In this document: piece by piece, positions 11,186 to 24,420 of the stretch
How positions within the stretch are numbered: the first letter of the stretch is position 1
Layout of the letters: every line of letters starts with the position of its first letter
NCBI GenBank assembly: GCA_030704615.1
Contig: CM060731.1
Span: 26,846,001-26,910,000, forward strand
Reading direction: 5' to 3'
From: Takakia lepidozioides
Lineage: Eukaryota; Plantae; Bryophyta
Length of the DNA stretch: 64,000 nt
The notes under the pieces: model-generated
The model's database searches: none
What the model saw: the letters and a program-made list of their open reading frames with translations, nothing else
What the model was told of the DNA's origin: nothing
Position numbers and translations under genes: made by a program

Positions 11186-13893
11186 GTCGCCTTATTTATT
11201 GCCTCTCCGCGAGAAGAGGAGGTTGGGTCTTGTCGTTGTTGCGAGGCCCTCGCTGTTCTGTGCACATTCCGCTGATTGGAGCGCTGCTAAGCTTGTATCC
11301 ACCTCCATCTCATACCATCACATGGCTTTCATATCTTTCAGACTTTTAATTGTGGACTGGGAGTGGACCTCAATTTTTGCTTCCATGGAATGCACCCCCA
11401 GATGTTGTTTGAGGTGCGGGAGAGCAGAATGTCGTGGTGTGAGTTAAGAACTTTTAGTGAGAGAAGTGTAAATATTGGCTAAGCTAAACCTCGAACTGTC
11501 CAGAACTGAACTTGGTGGGCACTCTTCCTGAAAAGAGAGTTTGTGGACGAGTTGGCCCCCAAATCGATCGTTGTAATCTTGTTTGTGGGGCCGATCTTGC
11601 ATTTGCTGGACTTCCTCTCTCGCGAATTACTTGCACTGGAATTCGTGATCTTTTGGAAGCTATGAGGTACTTGTGTCCTTGTCCACCGGGAGTGACAGGA
11701 AGATGACTTGGTGGAAGTACTGTGTATAGTGCACTATTTGTAGCTTCTCTTGTCCATCTCGGGTCAGGCTCAATGAGTTGAACATTGGGCACAATATGCA
11801 ATTTAGAGTAAGTTCCGTTGTACTGGTATAGCATACTCGTGGCTCGTTCAATTCTCCCTAGAGCACTGGAAGTCCATGCAGCACAAAAAGTAGTTAAAAT
11901 AATGTCAACTCATCAGTGCTCGGTACACGCTACATATCGTGAATGGCCCTGCGGTTCTAAGTTGCGGATCTACGTTATACCATGAAATTAGGACGTAAGT
12001 AAATTCAGTGATTAGCGATATACCACTATATGGATCCGTTGATTTGCATAATGATTTGTGTCCTTGAAGACATTTTTCGAACTACATATATATATACTTA
12101 TTTTATATTGGTACTAGTGTGACTAACCTTCAGGAGGTGCCCAAGAGCACTTCGAGACAGCTGTGGGTCTGCTAAAGTCTATGTGAACTAAGCAAATGAT
12201 TTTGAATCTGTATGAAAGAAACCTAGAGTATTTGTTTTCTGGATGTGCGAGCAGCCGGATGGTTGACAATTGCAACGTGTGTGTTCAGTGTACTTGATTA
12301 TCCACTCCCACGAGCTGAGAAAGTTCGTGCGGGACCTTCAAACATGACAATATGTGAACCGCACTTGTACGTATACTCGACTTTTTGTGGCTCTCGACTG
12401 CGTCTCAAGAGCGTCTCAAGTCCGCCGGTAGAAATAGAGTGTCAACAGACAGCGGTGATATTGAGCGGATGTGATGTTTAACTTCACCATGGCAGATCGG
12501 CATTGATAAGGAGAAAAATCTTATTATGGCTATGGTAACTCTAGGTTGTAGCACAAATGCCACTGGTAGATTGACTTGGAAATCTTTCTCGTCGATATCA
12601 CTGACTCTTATCAACCCCGATCTCTGTGCGAAAACTGTCTTGCATAGATCTGTGCTGAAGATCGTTTTAAAGTTACTTGTAGCTTTGCTGTTTAGTTAAA
12701 TGTCCATACATGCTCAGATTTCCCATCGTGGGCCGCCTATGCTTTCGCAGGGCAACGGGGGCTACGTTGTTTTGTTCTTGATTGAATGTATCCATTGTGT
12801 ATGACTGTCTAGATGCTTGTCGTGAAATCAGCGATGAAAATCTGTGCACAAGTCTGAGCTGCGTGCACTGCGCGATCAGCTCTAAAACAGGCATGTACTG
12901 CAGACTTCACAGCAACCACTAATTGCATCAGACTTGAAGAGAACGTTAATCTTCGTATCATCCAATGGTTGGGGCAATTGATCAATTTGATCCCAAGGTG
13001 GCAGTATTGTAATCTCGTCTTTCTTACCAAATAAACTCAAAGACCGACACTTGCATCAGACCTTAACTGTGAACCTGAACTTTCTTCCATAGATGATAAT
13101 GGCAAGAGATTCCCTCACATTTCTATTCTATGCCCAGTACTGTATACAATCAGTCACAGAACTTCTCTAGATTGAAGTAAGTTGTGGTTCAAGAGTTGAC
13201 AGAGTTAATCTCCCTCTTTCCACCCAAATATCAACATATTTGCAAATCTAACGTAACTGAAGATGCTTCAAAAATTCCTGACCATTATACATGGATTTAT
13301 TTGGCATCAAAGTGACACTGGTCCGCGAAGAGTCTCACAGTCATAATTAAAAAGGGTCGTTAGTTGTGCTCATCTTTGTTCAAGGTCTATGCCTGTCAAC
13401 CCTAAGAAAACTGGGCAACGAGATGATGCTAGGCGACTAACCGGGCATTTGCACTCGGTTTAAGGAGCTGCTCGAAGCCTGCAGTGCTCCTCGATCATCT
13501 TATTCACTAGAGTACCTAATGTGTTGGATCCATCTTTGTACACTTGTTGCCATGAAGAAGACTTTCTGTCACCTCAAATCCATCTTTGCAATGCCCATAG
13601 ATGGCTGCTGGTGAGGCCTCACTGTTATCTCGGTCGGTTGACAAAACTGTCAGTTTCGAAAGGAACCGTAGCACTCCCGTAGCAGTGATAGCCTTACCAA
13701 TGGCCGTCTATACGCTTGCATCTGGAGAGGCATCCTGACAAGTATCTACATGTGATTCTATCTACAGATCTTCCAGACTATGTATGGTTTGCAGGAAAGC
13801 CACAGTCAAGGTATGTATAGATGAATGGCTTGTTTGATTCCAAGAACGTAACTCGAACCCAAGTCCTGAGGCGGATCAAAACCAGGACATGAG

Positions 13894-16800
13894 CTAACCA
13901 GGTGCACCAATTGACATGGTGAGATCTAATGTGATCCCTTTTGGAGGGGCCTGTACAGTCTGCCTCTGTGCTAAGGATAGACAATCATCCTCGTTCATGT
14001 CTGGCAAGCTAAAAGACCGTGTCATCCTGGATGGCGACGAGTAGCTGTGGGTGCGCGAACTATATGGCGAGAGTGAAAGCGTACTGTCAGGTTGCTTGTC
14101 TTGCTCAGTCCATGGTAGTTGAATATTGGCGAAACCGCTGGTCTCCATCATCCTGGCCTGCTGCAGTCCCCAAAGCTTGGGTTGTGGCTGCTCTACGTTG
14201 TGATATCTCCTGGCATTGTCAGCAGACTGCTCTCGTTGCTCCGTTCCTGAGCCTTTTTCCAGACCTCGCTGAAATTGACAACATGTATCGCGGCTAGATT
14301 CTCAGTACTGGCAGAGAGTACCAGTTGGGCACAGAAGATTCTAATGTCTGTATATGGACCACTGTTTAAGCGTAGCACACACATGCTGCATTGGCGACTG
14401 CATGCTGGCCAGAGATATAGGATTTAACTTTACTGCTCTCTAGATATGAAAGCATGTAGACGTAATGAATCTATCTGCTGGGCAGCAGCTACCAGATCCC
14501 CACACCTGCATTGGGCAAAACTTAAGGCGAACTGCAGAACACCTATTATCGATCAGTTCAAGCACAAACAGAACTTAAAGTTCTGAAAGTGATATGTATA
14601 TATACTTGATATATAAGCAAGTACTTGAGCCACCTACGCACCTGGAGATCAACAGCAAGCCGCTCCGATATGTTCCAAGTTCTCTCATCTCTTGCACGCT
14701 GGCCTTCCCTCACATTGGAAGACCCACAGCTGTCGAACAGTTGCTGGATATGCATAGGGGACTCTAGTGACGATGTTGTGCTTGCGTATCCATTCGATGC
14801 CTTGTCCAAATTTTTCAAGCGTGCTTCATGGGCGCGCCACTTCTCCCACTCGCTCTCAATTTGTTGTCTCTTGAAGGTTTCAGCGTGGTGTGTAGCTTGG
14901 TCTGCCGGTTGTGCCCACAACCCTTCCCGGATCCCATGCAACCGTCCACCTAAGACACCAGATTTGATGCAATTCAGACTCTAGTGAATAAATTGACACT
15001 GGATCACATTTGCACTCGGTCAGTCACGTATAACAAGACATACCAGTTACAAGTAGAAAACAAATTACAGTTTTGCAAGGGCCGATGTCTGCCCAGGAGA
15101 ACATAGGGGACGAGCTAGATCATCCCTACTTGGCACTATTTCAAGAGCTTTCACAAGCGACAAATCAGTGCTCAGCAGTGCCTGGTATCAAGGGTCCGAC
15201 CTCCAGTGGACACTGAAGTGTAGCACTGAATCAGACTGGTCTGCAGCCGCAAAAGCAGAATGCCTGAGAAATAAAGTGACAGGTCTACAGGAAATCAGCA
15301 AATGCGATGCACTTACCAGCTTCATCCACGTGCTGAATCTTCCTGTGATCCCAGTCGCCTACTGCTGGCGACCGTCTTCTGGAGGCCCACTGCTCTAGCT
15401 GTGTTTGGAGGTCAAGAGAAGGGGTAGGGAAGGATACTGCAGCAGCCACGCCCTTCGTAACATGCTCCCTTTTTGCCCAATCTACGAGATGGATTTGGTC
15501 CTCTGACCAGTCACGGAGGCCTCCTGATCTTTGTCCAGTTATCTCAGTTGCCGGCTGACATTGCCGCGTAATCCAGTCACCATGCCCATCATTCCTGCTC
15601 ATGCAGAAGCTATAGGTGTTTAGATGATCATGTGATCTGAGAATGAACCTCTTTTTGTTTTCTTCAATGCTTCTCTTCTCTCGTCTATATGTCTGAGCTC
15701 CTTTTTTTTTTTCGCAACTAGCATGCTTTCGTAAGAAAAGTTGATGTCAATGCGAATCTCGCCAGATAGAACAGAGATCTGCATACATGTAATGAAGGGA
15801 CGAGCAGAAAGAAGCTTTTTTAGTCTAATTCTTCTCAGTAATCCAATATGTCAGTCTCTATCAAACATCTCGATTCAGGCGAAGTTCAAGTTCGTCTAAG
15901 AAGGCTAAAGCAATGATGTAACTGTTAGTACCTCAAGGACATGGTCAGGTGGTGATCCAGAGGCTGCAGAACTCCAGGGCGACACAAAAAGTTGCCATGT
16001 GCACTCAGATCTGAGTCCTTGATGTGAAGCATATTTATAGTATTCTGATCCCTATGCTGAAGCCGCAGGGCTGAATGCAGCATATTGGCATCAGAGGTGT
16101 CTTGGCCTCCCATTTTTTGACCATCCAGTTGTCCCAAACCTGTCCCAGCATACATAGAGACTGCCCACTCAATTTTAAAGGTACACAAATAGCAAGATAG
16201 ACTCCATAATTCCTGAGCTAGGGGATTATGCCCAACACAGGTTAGCTTGGAACTCACAATCTAAGATATTGTAGGCTAGTGGGCCATTTCACGGAAGTGA
16301 GCATGTTTTGGGACACTTGTTTGAGCAAAGTTACTTGGCTAACCAGAATCTGTGAAGGTAATGTAGTGGCTACAATAACAGACAACCTGGTTTTGTCAAC
16401 TGCGTGCCTCATTGTTTGAACAAGCATTGCACTCAGAGTGCTAAACTTTTGAACTAGATCTGTGAAGTTTCACCATCGAAATGTTGCGGTTAGTTCAGAG
16501 TGCCAACTGCCGACTTGTGCATCATTCTTCAGCTGATGTGCCAATCAAACAGTAGATATTCACTCTCTGGGTTAATTACATTTTGATCCTACTTGGCAGA
16601 GAATATATCTACTGGTTTGGAAATCATGACAGACGGTTCTTCAAGAGAGTTGCAACTTATACATCCTCACACGGTCAGTCCTTCATGTATTGGTCATGTC
16701 CAAGATGGCTTACTGTTGACCAGTTAACCGATGGCCTACATTCCTGAAGACTTTGAGATCTCACTGCCAACTAAAAGAAGACTTCTTTTTGTTTCCAGAA

Positions 16801-18290
16801 CTGAGCATACCATTTTGTCCGTTTTCGTCATTCTTCATACTCCTGTACATCTGCAAAACGGATTTTTACAGGCCAGACCCTGTCAGAGATAGATTGTAGC
16901 TATTTACATATGGCTGAAAACGACAAGCAGGACTACATGACCAAAGTGAGCTCTAGAAGCCTGTCCTGATCTTCAAACAGGTAGCTTCTATGTATTTAGG
17001 TGATTGTAGGGTCGCACTCTAAGGTACATAACGTATAATTTGCTTGGACGTGCACAAAAACTATTTTTACAAACTTGAGAACTCGTGAAAATTCTAGTCG
17101 ATGATCGGTATTCACTACAGATGGAAAGCATAATTCTCGTGCAAGATCAGGAAACCAGGGTAAATAACTTAGTTGAGCATTGCTAGGCCCCAGGATATCA
17201 ATTTCATGTGAAGATTCACAATGTCTGTTGCTCAGATTGCATGGATCTCCGATCGATGACTATGATACGCCTACTGAAGAGCGGTTGGAAGTTTGAACTC
17301 ACCTGTAGATGACTCTTGACGTGTGCAATAGTGAGGCCTTTGACATTCATCTGTTGTAGCACCAATTTAGGCGTTGCTCCTGCATTTGTGAAGTGGTCAT
17401 TCAAGTCAGTTGCAGTTGTCTTCTAGTTTGGTAACTGATAGTTGCTTCTGGAAACTACTGCCGCGATTGTGATACTAGAAGCGGATAGCAATATCGGGTC
17501 TCAAGCACTTTGCGGGCTTCCCTCTCTCTAAAGTAGTCCTTCTGAGCACCATGTGGTTAAACCCCCTTTGAAACAGTTGGCTATCTTCTAGAGATCCTTG
17601 CACATGTGAGCTCTTTGTCACAGGCTTAGGCACAAGCTGCGCTCCAAGAATCTAGTACTGCAGAGGCCTCAGTAGGCACATACATAGGGTTTGGTAGCAT
17701 AGAACGGTTCTTCCAAAGCAGCGAGAGCGAGTACTGGCAGTCCATGCCGCAGGTGCAAAACACCGGTGTGAGTAAACTGGAAATAGGCCTGGTAGTATGT
17801 AATTGTGCCGTAGAAATTATAGTGAGATTCACAGAGCTTAAATATGCTTCGAAGATAATAAACGTGGACATAGACTTTCAGAATCTGCCTCTCAGTTTAA
17901 CGATTCAGTATGTAGAGAAAGATTTGAGTTTGTTGCTGCCAATACATTAGAGGCATAGCCACTTGAGAGGAAATACTCACTGTCTTGACCACCAAGGCGC
18001 TCGACCGCGTGCACAAAGCAATGGTGTAGGTCAGGTGTCCAGCGAAGACGAGGCTGTTTGGAGCGAACATACTGCCTCACAGTTCCTCCAGTCCTGTTAC
18101 CTCCCATATTAGAACCCCCTTGAAATCCATTTCCATTTGAGGGGCTCCCACCTGTAGCTGTATTATGGCTCTCTGAGGAGCGTTCTGGAGTGCAATCCCC
18201 ACTTGAGGATGAGTGCCGCTTTCTTGAGTTCTCAACCCACTTCTGGCCTCCATCACTGCCACCACTGCTTTGCTCACCTTGAAGCTGCAT
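13894..18290 (-). CDS. GARP/G2-like (SHAQKYF-class) MYB-related transcription factor, about 531 aa, 7 exons
   Basis: Exons 18290-17981, 17379-17303, 16850-16811, 16139-15932, 15594(or 15609)-15317, 14949-14642, 14268-13894, all GT-AG with consistent phases. Spliced DNA-binding domain VRQYVRSKQPRLRWTPDLHHCFVHAVERLGGQDRATPKLVLQQMNVKGLTIAHVKSHLQMYRSMK. C-terminal ITLDLTMSI. Confidence 0.92.
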
Positions 18291-19379
18291 TTTTGCAACT
18301 TCGACTAGCAACTTTATCTATATACGGTCGCTATGTATCAAGTCTCGGAGAGTTCAGTTACCCTTGATCTGATGACTTCCTACCTAGCACATGTAGCCAG
18401 GATTGAGATGCCATATTCATATTCTCTGAGGCTCTCTTTTTCTCTTTCCCTGGTAAATATATTTATGGATATATACTAGAAGTATATCAGCAGAAGAGAG
18501 TACAGTGTGGAGTGCTTAGACGCCCGAGACCACAAGGTTACCGAAATCTCTGTCACAGAAACCTACGAATTTTTCTGTCTGGCAATGAAGTACATAGGGT
18601 CTCCCTCAAACTGACTTGACTCCAAATTGCTTACATTTGAAGAAGCTTAGCGACATAAAATAAGGGTCATAGCGTCACAGAAAGGTCGATTTCCACAAAG
18701 ACACCCAGAAATTCTATATCTCTCACGGTATGTTGTGCACAAATCTTCTGTGAAGGTGAAATAGACGTAAGCTCTCTAAAATCGACATGAACTGTCAACT
18801 GAAAGAGAAGAGTATTGTGAACGTAATATCGATGAAGAGAGAGAGCATAGCTGCTGCATCTGAATTGTGTAGAGACTGGACTTCCCGTAAGTGTCAACTG
18901 AGCAAAAACAGTCAAGGATTTCTCCTGTGCGAACGTCCGAGACTATTTGTCTCTGCGCGTATACATATGTCTCCGAGAGACTGGCAGAACGACCCAGCCT
19001 AGATGTGACGCGAGAGAAAGAGAGCATTTAAGACAGAATCATAACCGGTCTGAGCTCAGGACAGACTGAATGAGTGTCCAGGAAGGCGTGGCAAGGAGGA
19101 AACCCGCTGCTCAGCAGACGGACATGAACAGAGCAGCTTGCGAAGCCATACCACTCAGCTGGCTCATTCAATCTGCGTGCTTGCAAGTCCCCCCTGTGTG
19201 CGGTCTCATCATTCTCCAAACCGCCCTCCGACTACCCTAACGCTCTGTCTGGCGTGCTGAGCTAGGCTGCAAGCCGAAACCCGACCCACACTCTCGCACA
19301 CTCACACGCTCAACGCACAGATCTCACTCGAGGATACGCCAGCGTGCGAAGGGCAGCGACGAACAAGACGAGCACAGAC

Positions 19380-19635
19380 TATCGCCCTCTTTGACTTGGA
19401 TTCACCCCGGCCCCGCCCGCCCAGTTTTTTTCTCACCTGCCCCCCCTAATTGCCCTGCCCGCGCCGCGCACGCGCCAACCCCCGCTAAATGCCCGCCACC
19501 GCCTGCCGCCGGTCACGCCGCTCTTCCGTCCCCCTCGACGTGACCGCTTTCTCACCGGCCCTGTGGAACGCCGACCGCCACGTGGCCGTCCCCCGCTTGG
19601 GGGCACCGTCCTAAGCTGTCGCCGGGACGCGTGCT
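19380..19635 (-). promoter_or_regulatory. GC/CpG-rich island upstream of the GARP gene (probable promoter/TSS region)
   Basis: Very GC-rich stretch (ccccgcccgccc, gcgccgcgcacgcgcc, ccacgtgg G-box at about 19578), about 1.1-1.3 kb upstream of the ATG, next to GA/CT-rich UTR-like sequence. Confidence 0.45.
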
Positions 19636-20227
19636 ATTATTCCCCCCTCTCTGTAGCGTGTGCTTCAATACTTGCATTTCCTTTATTTTCCATCTCTTTA
19701 CTTTAATCTCCCTCCACGCTATCATTGGCCCTCCTCTGCCTTGGTTTGCTCAAAACTGTCAACAATGTCCCTACTCATCCATCACAACTTTCATTCGTGT
19801 GTTGGTTGCAGATATTTCCGTGGCCCACCCTGCCGGCAGTCGACCTATTTTGGACACACAATCTTATCTTTTTGCGAACCCCAATATTTTTCAGTCATAA
19901 CTTATATAATTTAACTCGCATCCACCGGGTTGCGGTGCGGGGCTCCACGAGGGGTGTTGGTAGCTTAGGGAGTCCCAGTGGGGGTGAATTATAAAATTCC
20001 CTTGGAGTCTCCACACGGTCGGATGGATCGGGTCGTTGTAAGTACCTCCCCACCGCGCACCGCAAGTCAAAGGATATTATCCTCATGGATGGATAAAATC
20101 CTCAATAATTCCCCCCCCCCTCTCCCCCCCTAGAAATTTCATCCATATGGAAACTGATTAATTGAATAAAGACTAAATAGTATCTCAATTTTCAGCGGAA
20201 AATGGGGCTGTAACTAGTCAGTGGTAT

Positions 20228-20291
20228 GTAAGTCAGAAAGTTACTAGTGGGAGGGACGTACAAACTAGTAAGTCAGACAGTTACTAGTGGG
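20228..20291. repeat. Short direct duplication
   Basis: taagtcagaaagttactagtggg and taagtcagacagttactagtggg, 40 bp apart. Confidence 0.8.
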
Positions 20292-23200
20292 TTTGATGGT
20301 CCCGCGCGTGTGTGTGTTGACTTTGAGATGTGCCCACATGGTGTGGCATCCATGCCCATCCTGCACCAATGGGGGCGCCTGACCTAACCAGGCGCGGTCA
20401 GTGGGGCCGGGGGCAGACCGTGCGGGGAACCGCGCGGTAACCAGGGTGGGCATTGGCCCACGTGAGCCCTGCGCCGACATTGTGGTCTGCGCGGCGGCCA
20501 CCAATCGCCGCGGTGGGAATCCCACCCCCCCTCAACTTTTGCAGAGGGATGCATAATGCGAGGCCGGGCAGCTCGCCTATGTTTGTCGATCTTGCGAGTC
20601 CCTACCGACAAGGAAGTTTTTTTTATCGCATGCATCATGGGCTTGCCGCTCATCAATCTCGGGTGACCAACGAACAAACAGCAAGACCTTTGTTGTGGGG
20701 ACTGGAGACTCGAGAGACTAGTTTAAGTTATGTATGGAGACGGAAGTTGCTGCCACGTTCAGAAGGTGATGGATGCTACGATGCAAAGGGAAAGTTCAAA
20801 GATGTATGGAGTTGTGGGGGAGTAAGTATCTTTGTGGTGGGCCAAGGCAGGCACATCATGGGTTGCATGGCATGACGGACATGGAAGGAAAGGAAAGGAA
20901 AGGCAACATGGGGTTGAATGTTCCGACACACAGTATGGGTGATGAGAGAGTCGCCTTATCCGCTTTCCAACTTGCTGTGCCAGTCATGCGCACTAATTAT
21001 CGCTAATGCAGGCCAGGCTATGTATCTAACAAGCACTTCAAACTTGCATTGTTTGTTTGAATCAACCTGCCCGAGGTTCATCAACCGACTCTGGAGTCTG
21101 CTGCCCTCTGCACGCCCTCCCGTGCAGAGCAGTGCCCTGGAATTGGGTCCCAATAAAGCCTGCCAGATGGGTGCTACAATTAGGTCAGAACTCCTGACTG
21201 CGTTATAAGTTTAGTTGTTTCTTGACTGCGAGTTTAATGCAAGTAATCTGCATCCCTTGGTACGCCCGCAGACTCGTGTTCGCACATCCCCAAAATTACA
21301 TATTTATATTCCATTCCCGAGCCTGCAGTTGTGTATCGCAATCCGTGATGCGCCGTCAGAGCAGCCCATTCCAATGAATGGAGCCCAACAGATGAATATC
21401 AACGAACACGCATGGTGGACACACGCCCTAGAGAATTGTAGCAGAGTCCAAGGTTTAAACTTTATTTAGCTGTAGAATTAGGTATATAGAAGTTCTGCGC
21501 GGTCAGTTCACATCAAACAGGTTGGCAGGGTAATAAAGCCTAATTGCTCGTAGAGAAGTATCTTATTATACTAGAAACGTAGACTAGCCACCATGGAAAT
21601 TGTGCGGGGAAGAGATGGGCAGAGTCTGGGGGTCTGGACTCTGGGACCTGCAGGAGCCGTTGACAAAGGGGGACGGCGAGAAGGAAGAGAGTGGGGAAGA
21701 GAGAGGGGTGGCAGTAAAGCGAGAGACAAAGCAAGGCCTGCAGGCTGCTTTCTGCTAATCCGATAGCAGACATTCTGTTCTTAAACGCCCAGCTAAATTA
21801 CACGTGCTTTGTGCCTTAAAAGCTGCTGCGCCCCTAGCATGATGTCCGATCCTGATACCTCCGTTCCCATTATAATATTCAGATGTGATCAGCTTCCCAT
21901 TAGTGGCTTGTCAGATAGCCAGTCACCAAATTTTCACCTGTTCCATGCCTCCTCCAGACAATACGGAGAGGCGGCTGAATTTGTCAAAATGTCTGAAACC
22001 TGCAATGGTGGCGAGACACTGTCGCTGAGCGAAGTGAATACATACTTGGGCTTTGTAAGAGATGGGGTGAGAGAGAATATTATATTAGGGGGGGTTGGTG
22101 TGGGTGTGATGAGGCGCAGATTTCAACGAGTTCCGGGGGAAAATAAGTAGGACAAATTGACACCATACGGTCGCTCCTGCAAAGGGGGCCCACAATTATG
22201 CGGCATCATAGAGGGGTATTCATATTCAACGGAGCTCACAAAACCGTACCAAAGCGAGGGATCTCAGCAAAGATATGATAGCTACGACTAATCATCATGA
22301 AATGACCCCCTTTTTCGGGCCCTCCCTCTATTCTTTCCGCATCTCCACACAAGTTGCTCACTTAAGTTAGCCCACCCGCGCCAAGGCTCCCTGTAGCTCA
22401 TAGCCTACTTCTTAGTGTCTAGATTCTCAAAGAACTGATTCAACCATTTCCTCTCTCGAGTCCGTCCGCTGTAGAGGGGTCTTCGAATGGGAACTTCAGT
22501 TTCAAAGCATGCCTGCTTGGCAACACATTCGTCCAGGCTGAGTAGTGGAACATTCGGTGGAAAATGTGGGTGAGTTGATACTTGATACAGTCACAGGCAA
22601 CTGGACACCCATTCCTCAGTTGACGATCTTGCCGGCAAGCTGTTGACTCCTGCCTGGAATTTGACCAGGAATGTGGTTGCCACACGGAGTTGCCAAGGCC
22701 GGAAGTTTTTGTCCAAACGTCCAAACGTCTATCCAACGCCCGTCCGCCCTAAACATCCTCTTGACACTAACGGCCCCCACACGAGGCCATGTGCTCACTC
22801 TCCCAACGCTACCACCGTGCTAAATAAGTGCCTAGCTTTGCGACTGCTAACACGTTGGGCTAACATTTTCTTGCTACTTCAGTTCGAGAACTTTGTCCTT
22901 TACTTTTCCAAACCCACCCTAGGTTAGGAATACCCTGGAAAACACAACGAAAACCACACATGAGGCAGCCGAGGTTATATTTGAAGTTTTTGTCATGAAT
23001 GGAGCATTCAAGTTCGGGGTACTAACTCGTAACTCCAGCGAAACCCACCAAAAGTTGCCTTGCGAAGTGTTGCCAAATATGTGCACATTGCCAACACACA
23101 GCCTCTTGGCTTAAAGCTGTGAGCAACACGAGGAATCTGGCTAAATATCACCATCACACTTATTACAGACTCACTATATACTGCATGTCATTGAATTGGG

Positions 23201-24070
23201 TGTGTGTGTTCGTGAAAGGACTAGAAAGACTCGAGTTTCTAGTACTTACAGGTCTTCAACACAAAAGCCCGGGGCTTGCAAGCACGCCACACAAAACTGT
23301 CAAGTGTACTTGCGGTGATGGATGCCTGTCTTTATTATGCGTCGTGGCCTGTACTCGTAGGCTGCGCTGGGTGGTAAATGTGACCCCATTACCCGCTTCT
23401 TCACCATCATTCACTAACTAATCACCTCCTGAGTCCTTTGAGAGTGAAAAACACTATTATAGCCCCATCAGCACGGAGGGCTGGACCTGCTGCCGCCTTG
23501 GCATTATACTATCCCCCCACGTATCAACTTACAAGAAGAATTATACCTGCTTGCGAGGGTTGATCACTTGTTTGGTTTATGTTGTTGCACTCAATCCCCC
23601 CAAAGTTTCTGGAACTCCACGGAAGTGAGTAAGTATTGCGCAATTCTTGTCTGAAACCATGTCATGAATGAGGTCTTCTCTCGTGAGCCCAAAACTTATC
23701 GGCATCCCTAATTCTTTTTGTCATCCTACTCACATTCCTTCTCGAAATAGTTGTGGAATGTCGGTTCTCGAAAATTCTCATAGACCGAACACGCAACGTA
23801 GCGTGGAGTCCTGCACTGCTCTCTCCATATTATTTTTGTTGGGGATGGGCTGGAAGGGTGTGATGATGCGGGAGGTGTTCCCTCTGGGCCGGCAAGTGGC
23901 CCAAGCTGCTTACCTGTTATTACTTATTACTCCCCCAACCCAGCCCTGGGTTCTGCAATTCCTTGGGAAGGTGGCATTCCGGGACTCCTGTCCGAAAAGG
24001 AATGTGAAATATATGACAGCCAATACCATAAGGGTGCTTATTATAATATCCTTCCGCATAGCGTTTGAAG

Positions 24071-24420
24071 CAGTGTTGGGCGGTTATAGAGTCATTAGGA
24101 TGTCAATAGCAGGATATCAACCCGGATATCAATGTATACGGACCACAATTTTTAGTATCCCGGTTAGACGCATAACTGGCAGATGTGAAAATACAAAAAA
24201 TAAAATCCTATACCCGGTGTAATACCCACCGGATATCCGGCCAATACCGTCAATATTCTAGGGAATCTCAGCCCTAAACTTAATTACCGGATGCATACCC
24301 AGATCCGCTGTTTGTCATGTTGGTAATACCCGGAACCGGCGGATATCTAAAACCAAAAGTTTTTAATATCCGGAACCGGTGAACCTATAGGAAAAACATG
24401 GGTAGATCCGCCCAACAGTG
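24071..24420. mobile_element. hAT-family MITE (350 bp)
   Basis: TIRs CAGTGTTGGGCGG ... CCGCCCAACAGTG (1 mismatch). Perfect 8-bp TSD GTTTGAAG at 24063-24070 and 24421-24428. Many internal ccggat/atccgg motifs. Confidence 0.92.

Noticed and set aside
18485-18512. agaagagagtacag resembles miR529/miR156-family sequence or a target site
   Set aside because: Shorter than the mature miRNA, with a bulge and mismatch in the seed-pairing region and no convincing precursor hairpin.
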